DNA of 64,000 nt from the human T2T-CHM13v2.0 reference genome, Homo sapiens: NCBI RefSeq assembly GCF_009914755.1, contig NC_060946.1. One strand, written 5' to 3'. Position numbers and translations under genes: made by a program. How positions within the stretch are numbered: the stretch's first letter is position 1; each line of letters opens with the position of its first letter. The notes beneath the pieces are model-generated. The model was given only the letters and a program-made list of their open reading frames with translations, had not been told where the DNA came from and did not search any database. Shown one piece after another: positions 50,611-64,000 of the stretch.

Positions 50611-51376
50611 GCCAGGCACCGTGGCTCACACCTGTAATCCCAGCACTTTGGGAGGCTGACAAGAGCCGATTGCTTTCGCCTAGGAGTTTGAGACAAGCCT
50701 GGGCAACATGGCAAAACCCCATCTCTATGAAAAATACAAAAATTAGCTGGGTGTGCTGGCACATGCCTGTAGTCCCAGCTACTGAGGAGGCTGAGGTAGG
50801 AGAATCACCTGAGCCTGGGGAGGTCAAGGCTGCCATGAACTGTGATTGCGTCACTGCACTCCAGCCTGGGAGACAGAGTGAGACCCCATCTCACAAAAAC
50901 AAAACAAAACACAAAACTGCGACCCAGGGAACAACCGCAGGGAGTGCTTGTCCTGCCCACGCCTGGATTTTTAGCCCCTTCCTTAGTGTCTACCTTCTGG
51001 CCTCCTGGGTTTTACTGCCTCACAACAGGCCCTATATATATATATATACACACACATATATACATATATACATATACACACATATATATACATACATATA
51101 TATACATATACATATATATTTTTTTCTTTTTTGAGACGGAGTCTCACTCTGTCACACAGGCTGGAGTGCAGTGACGTGATCTCACCTCACTGCAGCCTCT
51201 GCCTCCTGGGTTCAAGCGATTCTCCTGCCTCAGCCTCCTGAGTAGCTGGCAGTATAGGTGCACACCACCACGCCCAGCTAATTTTTGTATTTTTAGTAGA
51301 GACGGGGTTTCACCACGTTGGCCAGGCTGGTTTTTGAGCTCCTGACCTCCAGTGATCCACCCACCTCGGCCTCCCA
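50611..51376. mobile_element. Tail-to-tail inverted Alu pair (50611-50915 +, 51119-51376 -) around a (TA/CA)n tract at 51033-51118
   Basis: Alu motifs in opposite orientation. Confidence 0.88.
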
Positions 51377-52491
51377 ATGAATAATTGTTGAATAAATAAA
51401 TGATTGAAGAGTCAATTTTCTCCAAGTTGCTTCTGGCTGACTTGTCCCGCCCGAGACCACACAGCTCCCCATGGATTTGGGTCCCACTGGGTGGCAGAGT
51501 CAAAAAGCCCTGCCTCGCCTCAGCCTGGACTCGCTTGTGACCTTGGTCAGAGGGAGCAACATCTCTGGATTTCTTTTCTTCTTCTGTGTAGGAGTCCCTG
51601 CCCAAACCACATCATCTCTCTCTTGTGATGCTCAGACCAAGGAGCAAGCAATGGGGTGGGAGGACCTCCAGTTCCTGGAAGGAGCAGGGGGTGCTTCACA
51701 CACACTGCGGCGAGGCTGAGACCACGTTCTCAGGGGAGGAGGGTGGCTCTGGGCCTCACGACCTCACACCTTCCCTGTAGGTACCCAGCTATGCATCCCC
51801 GCCCAGGTGCAGCTTGTGTTGGAAAAGGGTCCCTGCCATCCGGAGGCCCCAGAGCCCCGCCCACCCTACTCTGGTTGCAGACCCTTCCCGCATCTTTGGC
51901 AGCCTCGCCACCCCTGGGCACAGCAGGAGCAACCCCAGTGCCTGGGGATGAAGCACCTACTGTGCTTCAGGCCTTCCTGGAGCCCCAGCTCATTGACTAA
52001 CAGTGACCTCCTGGGGCAGTCCTGTTTTTATCCCCACCTGGTGGGTGGGAAAACAGGCTCAGAGGGGCCAGGTCCCCAAGTGTCACAGCTCCCAGGAGCA
52101 TGACAAAAATTGCATGGGGAAGGAGGAGGATTTGCTAAATGCCCATTCCTGGCATTCCTGCCCCCCCACCCCCACCCCCCATCGGCAGAATGAACCTCTG
52201 GGCTGGCAGGGAAACCGCAGTTTTCCTCAGGTGCACTCTGCTCCGGGGAGTTTCATGTAACCTGTCGTCCATGGAGGCACAGAGAAGAAAGGGCCAGGGC
52301 CAGGGCCCCACAGCAGGAAAGGGCCAGGGCTAGGACCTTGGCCTCCAGGCTGGCGGACTTGGCACATCTCAACAGCCAGCGACTCTGTCCCCATGCCAGG
52401 ATCTGTCCCCTGGCTTCCTCCTCCTTACCCATGGGGAAGGACGCATGGCTGGACTCAGGCAGTCTAGACGCGTGTGCACATGTGCACACAA

Positions 52492-52620
52492 ACTAGACAC
52501 AGTGTCACACCGGTGCACACTGTCCACACGCACACGCACAGGTACACTGTGCACACACACACTAGACACAGTGTCACGCCGGTGCACACTGTCCACACGC
52601 ACACAAACAGGTACACTGTG
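52492..52620. repeat. 69-bp tandem duplication (CA-rich)
   Basis: actagacacagtgtcac starts at 52492 and 52561. Confidence 0.85.
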
Positions 52621-54574
52621 TGTGATGGTACACCATCCATTCATTTTATTTCTATTCTGAGCCTTGCTCTACACCTTTTGGTTCTGAAACATATGCTTCT
52701 GTGAGCTGGCTGCTGATGCTGTCCCTGTGGAAGTCACCAACTCCCACCCCTGGCTTAGCACACCAGTTCTGACAGGTCCCACCAAGGCTGCAACTCCCAC
52801 ATAAGGAGTTCAGCTCCCCTCTTCCCGCCTCACCTCCACTTGGGTGGGAATTGGACTCTGGGTTCTTTTCCTTCCTTTCCCGAGTCACTTCACTTCTCCA
52901 CCTGGGTATTTCAGTCCCGAGAGAGGCCTCAAAAATGTGGAAAAACAAGCCACTAGCCCACTCTCAGAGCCTCACCAACCTGCAAAGGGACATCGATTAT
53001 CAGGGCACAGGGGAGAATGCCATGGGCATCTGAGCCAGTCCTGGGACCAGGCACTAGCAGGACAAGCTGGGCTGGAACTGGGCGGCCTCCGCATCTGCTT
53101 CCGGCCTGCTGTGTGGCCCTGGACAACGGAGAAGTAAGAATAATCGCCCCTGTCCTTCTGAGGGTTGGAAGGGAAAACATGGAGGCTTTAGACAAGGTGA
53201 CAGCCCTTCAACCCTTCAGTGACAGGGAATAGAAAGCCCTGGGTGGGGAGAGGGAAGTGGGGGAGGAGAAGGAAGGTGGAGGGGAGAGGGAAGGGAGGGG
53301 AGAAGAGGAAGGGACTGACTTCCTTGAGTACCTACTATGTATCTGCAAGGTAGCAGGTGTTCCCATCTCTTCATCTCACTGGATTCCCCAACAACTCTAC
53401 GCAGCTGGTATTCTCTCCCCTAGCACACATGTTTCACTGATGGGAAAGCCGAGGCTCAGAGACGGCCAGCAACTTCTCCAAGGTCACACAGCTTTCACAT
53501 GCTAGATCTGGGACACCAGCCCAGGCACCTTGGTCTGACTCCAGAGTTTGGCACCTTTGCCCATGTCCCTACCCTGAGCATCTCCCCCTGAAGGTGACGG
53601 CAGGGCAGAAAGCGCCGTCAGCACTCGCCTCTTAGGCAGCTTTGGAGGTTCATGCAGCCATTCAGTTAACAAATACTTATCCACTCCCTCTCTGGGTTAG
53701 GCCCCTCCCCTCCTTCTTGGGGCTCCCTGGTGGGGGCTGCTGTAGGGACTGATCTCAGCTGGCAAAGCCCTGCTTCACCCAGGCTCAAAAAATAGTCCTG
53801 CTGCTGTCCAGCCTGAAGAGTGGGGGCCACAGGCTCCCAGAACCAAGGCTGGGGAGGCAGGAGGCAGAGCTGTGAGCTCGGAGCAGGCTCCATTAGCATG
53901 GGGCTCCAGCCTCCTAGCTTAAAGATCGCCTCGGGTGCTCTCTTAAAGAGGTTAACGTTGCAGCTGACAATTGGGAGATCTGGCAGCTGATCAAATCGGC
54001 TCTGAAGATCCTGGCAGCTGAAAATGGGAGCTGCTGGGTGGGTGGGTGGGGTGGGCACCAGGCAGCAGAGACCCGCACTGGCTGGGCCGACTGGGGCCCA
54101 AGGCAGCAGGGCTCAGGTGGCTGGTTGCTGGCTACGGCTGTGCCTTCAGTCTGGCCCAAGCCATCTGGGTATCCTGTGCTTTGCTGGAAAGACATGGGAG
54201 GAGGAGAAGGAGGAGGCAGAAGGCGAGAAAGGAAGCAGGAAGAAAATGGACTTGTAGAGACTTGAACTTCTTTCATCCCCAAACACCAGGTTCTCGCCAG
54301 TAATCAGACCAGTTGGCAAAAAGGCACCCACAGGTGAAGAGTTGTGGGACAGGGGTAAGATGGAGGGAGGTTCCTGGTGCCAGTTACATCTCTGCAGTGC
54401 CCAGTGGGTCCCTTTCAGTGTAGGGTGTACTCTGAGGAAGCTGAGAGGTCTGAGGAGGAGTCAGGAGAGGAAGATTCCTACTCATTCCGCCCATCCACAT
54501 TGCGGGGAATGTAGAGATAGGGCACACCTCGGCCTGCCTGAGCCAACCTTGTCTCCTTTCCATGCATCCACCCT

Positions 54575-55665
54575 GCCACCCACCACCTCCACCCACCACC
54601 TCCACCCACCGCCTCCACCACCCGCCACCTCCACTCACCACCTCCACCCACCACCTCTGCCACCCGCCACCCGCCACCTCCACCACCCGCCATCTCCACC
54701 CACCACCTCCACCTCCACCCGCCATCTCCACCCGCCACCTCCACCACCCACCATTTCTAACACCCACCACCTCCATCCACTGCCTCCACCTCCGCCACCC
54801 ACTGCCTCTGCCACCCACCGCCTCCACCACCCACCACCTGCCCTTTCCTCTGTCCAGCCCACTCCTCCCCTGCCCTTCCACCTGCCCAACCTGCCTGTGT
54901 GCCCTTCCATCCATCATCTGCCTATCTAGATCTCCAGTCACCCCCCGTCTATTCATTCATTAATTCATCCATTCACCTTGCATCCCCATCCCTCCATCTC
55001 CCATCCTCCATCCCCCATCCCCCTATCCCTATCCCCCATCCCTCCATCCCCCATCTCTCATCCCCCATCCTTCCATACCCTGATCCCTCCATCCCTCTAT
55101 CTCCCATCCCCCTCCCCCTCCTTCCATCCCCCATCCCTCCATCCTCCCATCCCCCACCCCTCCATCCTCTCATCCCCCATCCCTCCATTCCCTATCTTCC
55201 CATCCCCCATCCCTCCATCTGCCATCCTCTAATTCCTCCATCCCCCATCCCCCATCTCCCATCCCTTCATCTTCCCATCCCCATCCCTCCATCCCCCATC
55301 CTCCATTCCCCATCCCTCCATCTTTCAATCCCCCATCTTTCAATCCCCCATCCCTCCATCTGCCATTCCTCCATCCTCCCACCCCTCCATTCGCCATCCC
55401 CCATCTCATCATCCCCCATCCCTCCATACTCCATCCCTCCATCCCCCATCCCTCCACTCCATCCCTCAATCCCTCTATCCTCTATCTCCCCTCCTTCACC
55501 CCTCCACCCCTCCATCCCCTGTCCCTCCATCCTCCATCCCCAATCCCTCCATCCCCCATCCTCCCATCCCCCATCCCTCCATCCACCATTCCCATCCCTC
55601 TATCCCTCCACCATCCCCATCCCTCCATCCCTCCATCCCTCCATCCCCCATCCCTCCATCCATTC
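54575..55665. repeat. C-rich low-complexity tracts: (CCA)n-like 54575-54840 and (CCATC/CCCTCCATC)n-like 54980-55665
   Basis: The plus strand is almost devoid of G. Confidence 0.92.
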
Positions 55666-57803
55666 ATCCTTCCATCCAAAGAACATTTCTTCAGCATAGG
55701 AGAGGTGCACCCAGCCCAGTTTCGGGGCTAGGAAAGGCTTCTAGGAGGAAGAAACCTACACTGAGACAGGAGAATGAGTTGGAGACACCTGGGCTAGCGG
55801 GGAAGGGAAGGTATTCCCAACAGAGGACAAGAGGCAAGAGGCCTCTTGAGGACCATCCAGTCACATTCTGGCAGTCACTTCAGAGGGGGAGGCCCACCAG
55901 AGCACAGGAGAAGCTACTGAGGCTGGAGTGGGCAGCAAGGTCAGGCTGTGGAGCTGGGACAACCTGCCCGGCACAGAGCAGGGCCACGCGAAGAGGGAAC
56001 GTGGAAGGTACGGAAGCCAGGTCCTTGTCCTCCAGCTGTTTACCACTGACCCTTCCAAATAGGCCTGTCACCCACATCCCTCCAGGCTCCCTAATCCTTT
56101 GAACTCCCAATATGCTCATAGTTAAAGCCTACAGTTCCACCCCTGCAGGCTTTTTGTTGCTGTGTGTGGATTCCAGCTTTGGGCAGGGCTGTGCCTTATC
56201 CTTCTTGGTGTCCTGCTCCATGGACTCGGCCAGATACCCCCAAATATTCAAGAGATGAAAAAATACAGGTGGCCAGGCACAGTAACTCATCTCTGTAACC
56301 TCAGCACTTTGGGAGGCTAAGGTGGGAGGATTTCTTGAGGCCAGGAGTTTGAGACAAGCCTGGGAAACAAAGTGAGAACCTGTCTCTCCATAAAAACAAA
56401 CCAACAAACAAAAACATACAAAAAATATGAAACCTCCCCGTAAAACTTCCTCCTCCTCTTCTTCCTCTTGGGGCTCCTGGGTGTCGGCGTTAGCCCCTTC
56501 CTGTCTCCCCAACACCCCACCATATCCAGTCAGCAGGACCTAACGATTCTGCCCGCAGCACACCTGGACTCTCCACTATCCTCGCCCTACCTGGTCACCA
56601 ACATGGGTGGGCATGGCAGCCGCCTTCTCACTGCCCTTCCTGCCTCCAGGCCACACACACAGTGCAGTCAGAGGGGTCTTCCTAACACATAAGCTGGGCC
56701 CTGCCACTCTCCACTGTCATGCTTCCTGCTGCCCTCTGGATAAAGTCCTGAATCCCCGCCACGGCCTGAATGGCCCTTCCCAGGCCAGCCCATCTCCACT
56801 TCTCTGGGCTCCAGGTTCATCGCTCTAAGACACGAGGGCCATCAAGTTCATTGCTGTCCACACTGCATCGCTGAATCCACAGTCCTGGCTCCAGCCCCTG
56901 GGCCATCTTGGCTAATAGCCTAGAAGAGTCCCAAGTCTTCAACTGCCTGGTCAGACCCCCATATCATCCCATCCCGGTGAGCCCGGGACCAAGTCCACGT
57001 CACCCACACCACGTCCAACACCTGATTGGCCCTCAGGCAAAAGAAAATCTTGCTTTGGCTGCCTGAATATTAGAGTTTACCCCCCAGGCCCTCCCTCCCT
57101 GGGTCTGACTGCTCTCATTTGCTATTTGTGCCTTAAACCAGAGCCAACTGCTTGGCCTCTTCTCTGCCTACAAAACATTTTTACCGATTTATGGCTGCAA
57201 AAATTTCCTTCCTGTCCTCAGATTCACAGGAGAGAGCCCTGGCCCTGACTCAGAATTGGATTCTAGCTGGAGGCGTCCTCTCCGTGCTGGCTCCAGAGAA
57301 AGGGTTTATCTGTTTGTTCCTTGACCTTGAGCAGCCGTTGAGGCAGCCAGAGAGAGGAGAGGCAGAAGCTGGGAGGAGAGCGAGGAGCAACCCTGGGGAC
57401 CCTGCCCTCTGCCCCAAGGGACCCGCGAGCCAGGTGATAGGAAATAAGTCAGAGGGAGGAGGCAGCTGTGCTGTGTGCAGGGCCAGGGCCACGGAGGCCC
57501 AGGGGGACGTGAAGCAGCACCTCTCTGCTGTGGCTCTGCCAGTCCGGAGGCTGCACCCTGCCTTTCTCCACCCCTGGTCCCCGCCGGAAACTGGACAGAG
57601 AGCTGGAAGGAGACATCAGCCATCCAGGCAGGAGCTGACCCTGCCAGCCATTCTGGGGCAACTGTGGCTGTCACAGACCCTGACCCAGTGGAGGGAATAG
57701 ACCCAGGCAGCCTGACCTTGTCCACTGTTTATTTTTGCCAAAATAATCTCATTCTTATTACATAAGTAATGTATGCCTATTGTAGATATTGTAGAAAATA
57801 TAG

Positions 57804-59480
<1,677 letters not shown>

Positions 59481-60576
59481 TAAAATAAGCATAAGTAACT
59501 TACTTGGGAGTGGAAAGAGATGTGTGGAAACCCAGATTGGTGCCGGTGTAACCCAGATAAAAGCTGGGCTTCCACATAGCTCCGTCTCTGCCTCCTGGGA
59601 CCTGATAATCCAACAGTCACAAGTAATTTAAACTAACTTTCTGAATGTCCTTGTGACTCCCAAAGAACCTCAAAGGGGCCTAATTCAAACCCCACAGCAA
59701 TAGTTCTCACCAGGGCCCGTTTCCTTGCTCCGGTTCTCTCCGTAGACAAGCTGTTGTTTTGCACATGCCCAAGGCTCCCGAACAGTCCTGACAGCAGCCT
59801 GCGTCCTCTCGCTTTTCCCTCGGATATTTGTTATGTAATCTACACAGTGGGCAGACCCTTCCCCACCCCACCTTATGATCCATGCCCCTCTGGTGAGTGG
59901 TTCAGAGCCCATGCTCTGGAGCGAGACCCTCTGGGTCCAAATCCTGGCCCCACCAGTCACACTCTGTGACTTGACCCCAGTGCGTGGTCCAAGGACCCGT
60001 GCTGGGCCACACACTGTTTGTAACATGACACGCTTAGAACTGAGAATAAGCATTTAGTAACTTTCATAGCAACTTGACACTGCCTACATCCCATTGTGAC
60101 CGTGTGTATTATAAAAATATCATTCCTGACAGATTGGAACATGTTTTCTCGAAGTTCCTTCATCGCAGATAGTTTGGAAGGCGTGGACTCAGCCTACTGT
60201 GTGCCTCAGTTTTTTCATTAGTGAAATGGGAATAATGATGGTCTCTAACCTCACCACATCCCTGAGGAGGTGTAAAGGCGTGAAATTAGGAAGGGCTCTG
60301 AGACTGGGGGCTGGTCACTGCAATCTCTCAGTAAATGTCAGTGTCACTATCATTTTGACACATTCTCCAGATTCTGCATTACAAGCATCAGATTCTCCTC
60401 TGAGGACAGAGGAGGGAGAGTTGGGGAGAGAGTGGACCCCATTCAGTGTATCCTTCCCCACCCCAAGTTCATATGGCTTTTAGCCAAACCTTGAGATTGG
60501 AACACCTCTGTCACTGCATCCAAAACCTTTCAGGTTTCCAAAGGGTAGTTTATTCGTCCACTTAACAAATATCTAG

Positions 60577-62113
<1,537 letters not shown>

Positions 62114-62499
62114 AAAGGTTTCTTAAGATGGATAGAAGTCTTACCAATTGGATTTGTATTCTGTGGAACAGGGAGGCTTATCTAAGGTCTCTCTCTAGAA
62201 AACACAGCTCTGTTCAAAGGGAAAAGCAGGCTGGCCAACCCACGTGATGGCTCTTGAAGCTTCTCTTTTGAATGGCCTGCTAGGACTTGGGCTCCGGATT
62301 CACTGGCTAAAGCAAGTCACATGGCCAAACCTGATTTGGTGGGGAGGGGAGGTGTACCCAGCACTGGAGGCCCTGCACGTCGTGTAGCAATGGGGCAGGA
62401 TGAATAGTCCTCTCACTGGGAGGACAGTGAATAACTGGAAACAGTGACCAATCTGCTACCATGCACCATCTTGGTTGCAATTATCACTCCTGTCTCTTG

Positions 62500-63035
62500 C
62501 GTGGGCATGGTGGATTGGAGGCGGCTGCGGATTCTTAGTCATTCCTCCCAGCAAGACATGGAGTATTTTTCTCCTCCCCTTGGATCTGGGCTGATTCCAG
62601 GACTGGCTTTCATCAACAGGATGTAGCAGAAGCGACGCTGTGTGAGTTCCCAGGCTGAGGCTGCAGAGATTTGAGGCATCTTCTCTCACCCAGCTTGAAG
62701 TCCTTCCCCTTGGAAGCCAGTCACCGTGAAAAAACTCACCATGCTGTGAGGAAGCCCAAGAGAGCTGCATGGAGAGAAGGGCCTGTGGAAGAGCTCTGAG
62801 GTGCCACTCACATGAAGTGAGCCTTTGTGGACCTTCCAGCCCAGCCACCAGCAAACACAACCCAGTAAGTGTCCCCAGTCAATGCTTCTCTCCATAGGAG
62901 ACCTGTAAATGGGCGGTGGGGGGAGGAATTTTCTGGTCTCACACACTATTATGGGTTGAATTTTCCCCCTCCCGAATTCTTGTGTTGAAGCTCCCACCTC
63001 CAGTACTTTACAAAGTAACATATTTGGAGATAAGA
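62500..63035 (+). mobile_element. MaLR (MLT1-type) LTR remnants
   Basis: ctcctcccctggatctgggctg...gcagaagcgacgctgtgtgagttcc and ttatgggttgaatt...atatttggagataag. Confidence 0.65.
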
Positions 63036-63037
63036 TC

Positions 63038-63189
<152 letters not shown>

Positions 63190-64000
63190 TGTAGGGAAAA
63201 GAAAGAGAGATCAGACTGTTACTGTGTCTATCTAGAAAGGAAAGACATAAGAGACTCCATTTTGAAAAAGACCTGTACTTTAAATAATTGCTTTGCTGAG
63301 ATGTTGTTAATTTGTAGCTTTGCCCCAGCCACTTTGCCCCTGCCACTTTGACCCAACCTGGAGTTCACGAAAACATGTGTTGTATGAAATCAAGGTTTAA
63401 GGGATCTAGGGCTGTGCAGGACCTGCCTTGTTAACAAAATGTTTACAAGCGGTATACTTGGTAAAAGTCATCACCATTCTCTAGTCTCAATAAACCAGGG
63501 GCACAATGCACTTCGGAAAGCCGCAGGGACCTCTGCCCTTGAAAGCTGGGTATTGTCCAAGGTTTCTCCCCATAGGATAGTCTGAAATATGGCCTCGTGG
63601 GATGAGAAGGACCTGACCGTCCCCCAGCCTGACACCCATAAAGGGTCTGTGCCGAGGTGGATTAGTAAAAGAGGAAAGCCTCTTGCAGTTGAGATAGAGG
63701 AAGGCCACTGTCTCCTGCCTGCCCCTGGGAACTGAATGTGTCGGTATAAAACCCAATTGTACATTTGTTCAATTCTGAGATAAGAGAAAAACCGCCCTAT
63801 GGTGGGAGGCGAGACATGTTTGCACCAATGCTGCCTTGTTATTCTTTACTCCACTGAGATGTTTGGGTGGAGAGAAACATAAATCTGGCTTACGTGCACG
63901 TCCAGTCATAGTACCTTCCCTCGAACTTAATTATGACATAGATTCTATTGCTCACATGTTTGTTGCTGACCTTCTCCTTATTATCACCCTGCCGTCCTAC
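63190..64000 (+). mobile_element. HERV-K (HML-2) LTR, LTR5A-like; runs off the window
   Basis: Begins TGTAGGGAAAAGAAAGAGAGATCAGACTGTTACTGTGTC. It contains the HML-2 core ggtattgtccaaggtttctcccca...tctgaaatatggcctcgtggga and a TATAAA at 63745-63750. Confidence 0.93.

Noticed and set aside
54342-55699. Pro/His-rich and Gly/Trp-rich ORFs (extensin-like)
   Set aside because: They are translations of low-complexity (CCA)/(CCATC) repeats.

Overview
This is primate (human-like) genomic DNA, rich in Alu and L1, with no prokaryotic features. It reads as a mosaic of three blocks. (1) About 1-17 kb is a GC-rich block holding the last intron, terminal coding exon (13104-13262, +) and poly(A) signal of MAD1L1. 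The exon has two amino-acid differences from the canonical C-terminus as I recall it, so it is probably a duplicated copy. The block also has several VNTRs. (2) About 17-41 kb is an AT-rich block hiding a minus-strand FAM230-family gene built mostly from micro-exons, which the ORF track misses. Ten GT-AG exons (39812 down to 22234) splice in compatible phases into an uninterrupted 795-nt, 264-aa ORF with a basic NLS-like segment and a large Asp/Glu-rich repeat exon. The gene is built from a triplicated two-exon module. Its first intron contains a ~177-bp inverted repeat and a duplicate of exon 1. (3) About 41-64 kb is an Alu-dense junction followed by GC-rich Alu/MIR/MaLR DNA with no recognisable coding exon, ending in a HERV-K(HML-2) LTR5A-type LTR that runs off the window. 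Gene-family and repeat-subfamily names come from memory and need database confirmation. Repeat boundaries are approximate.
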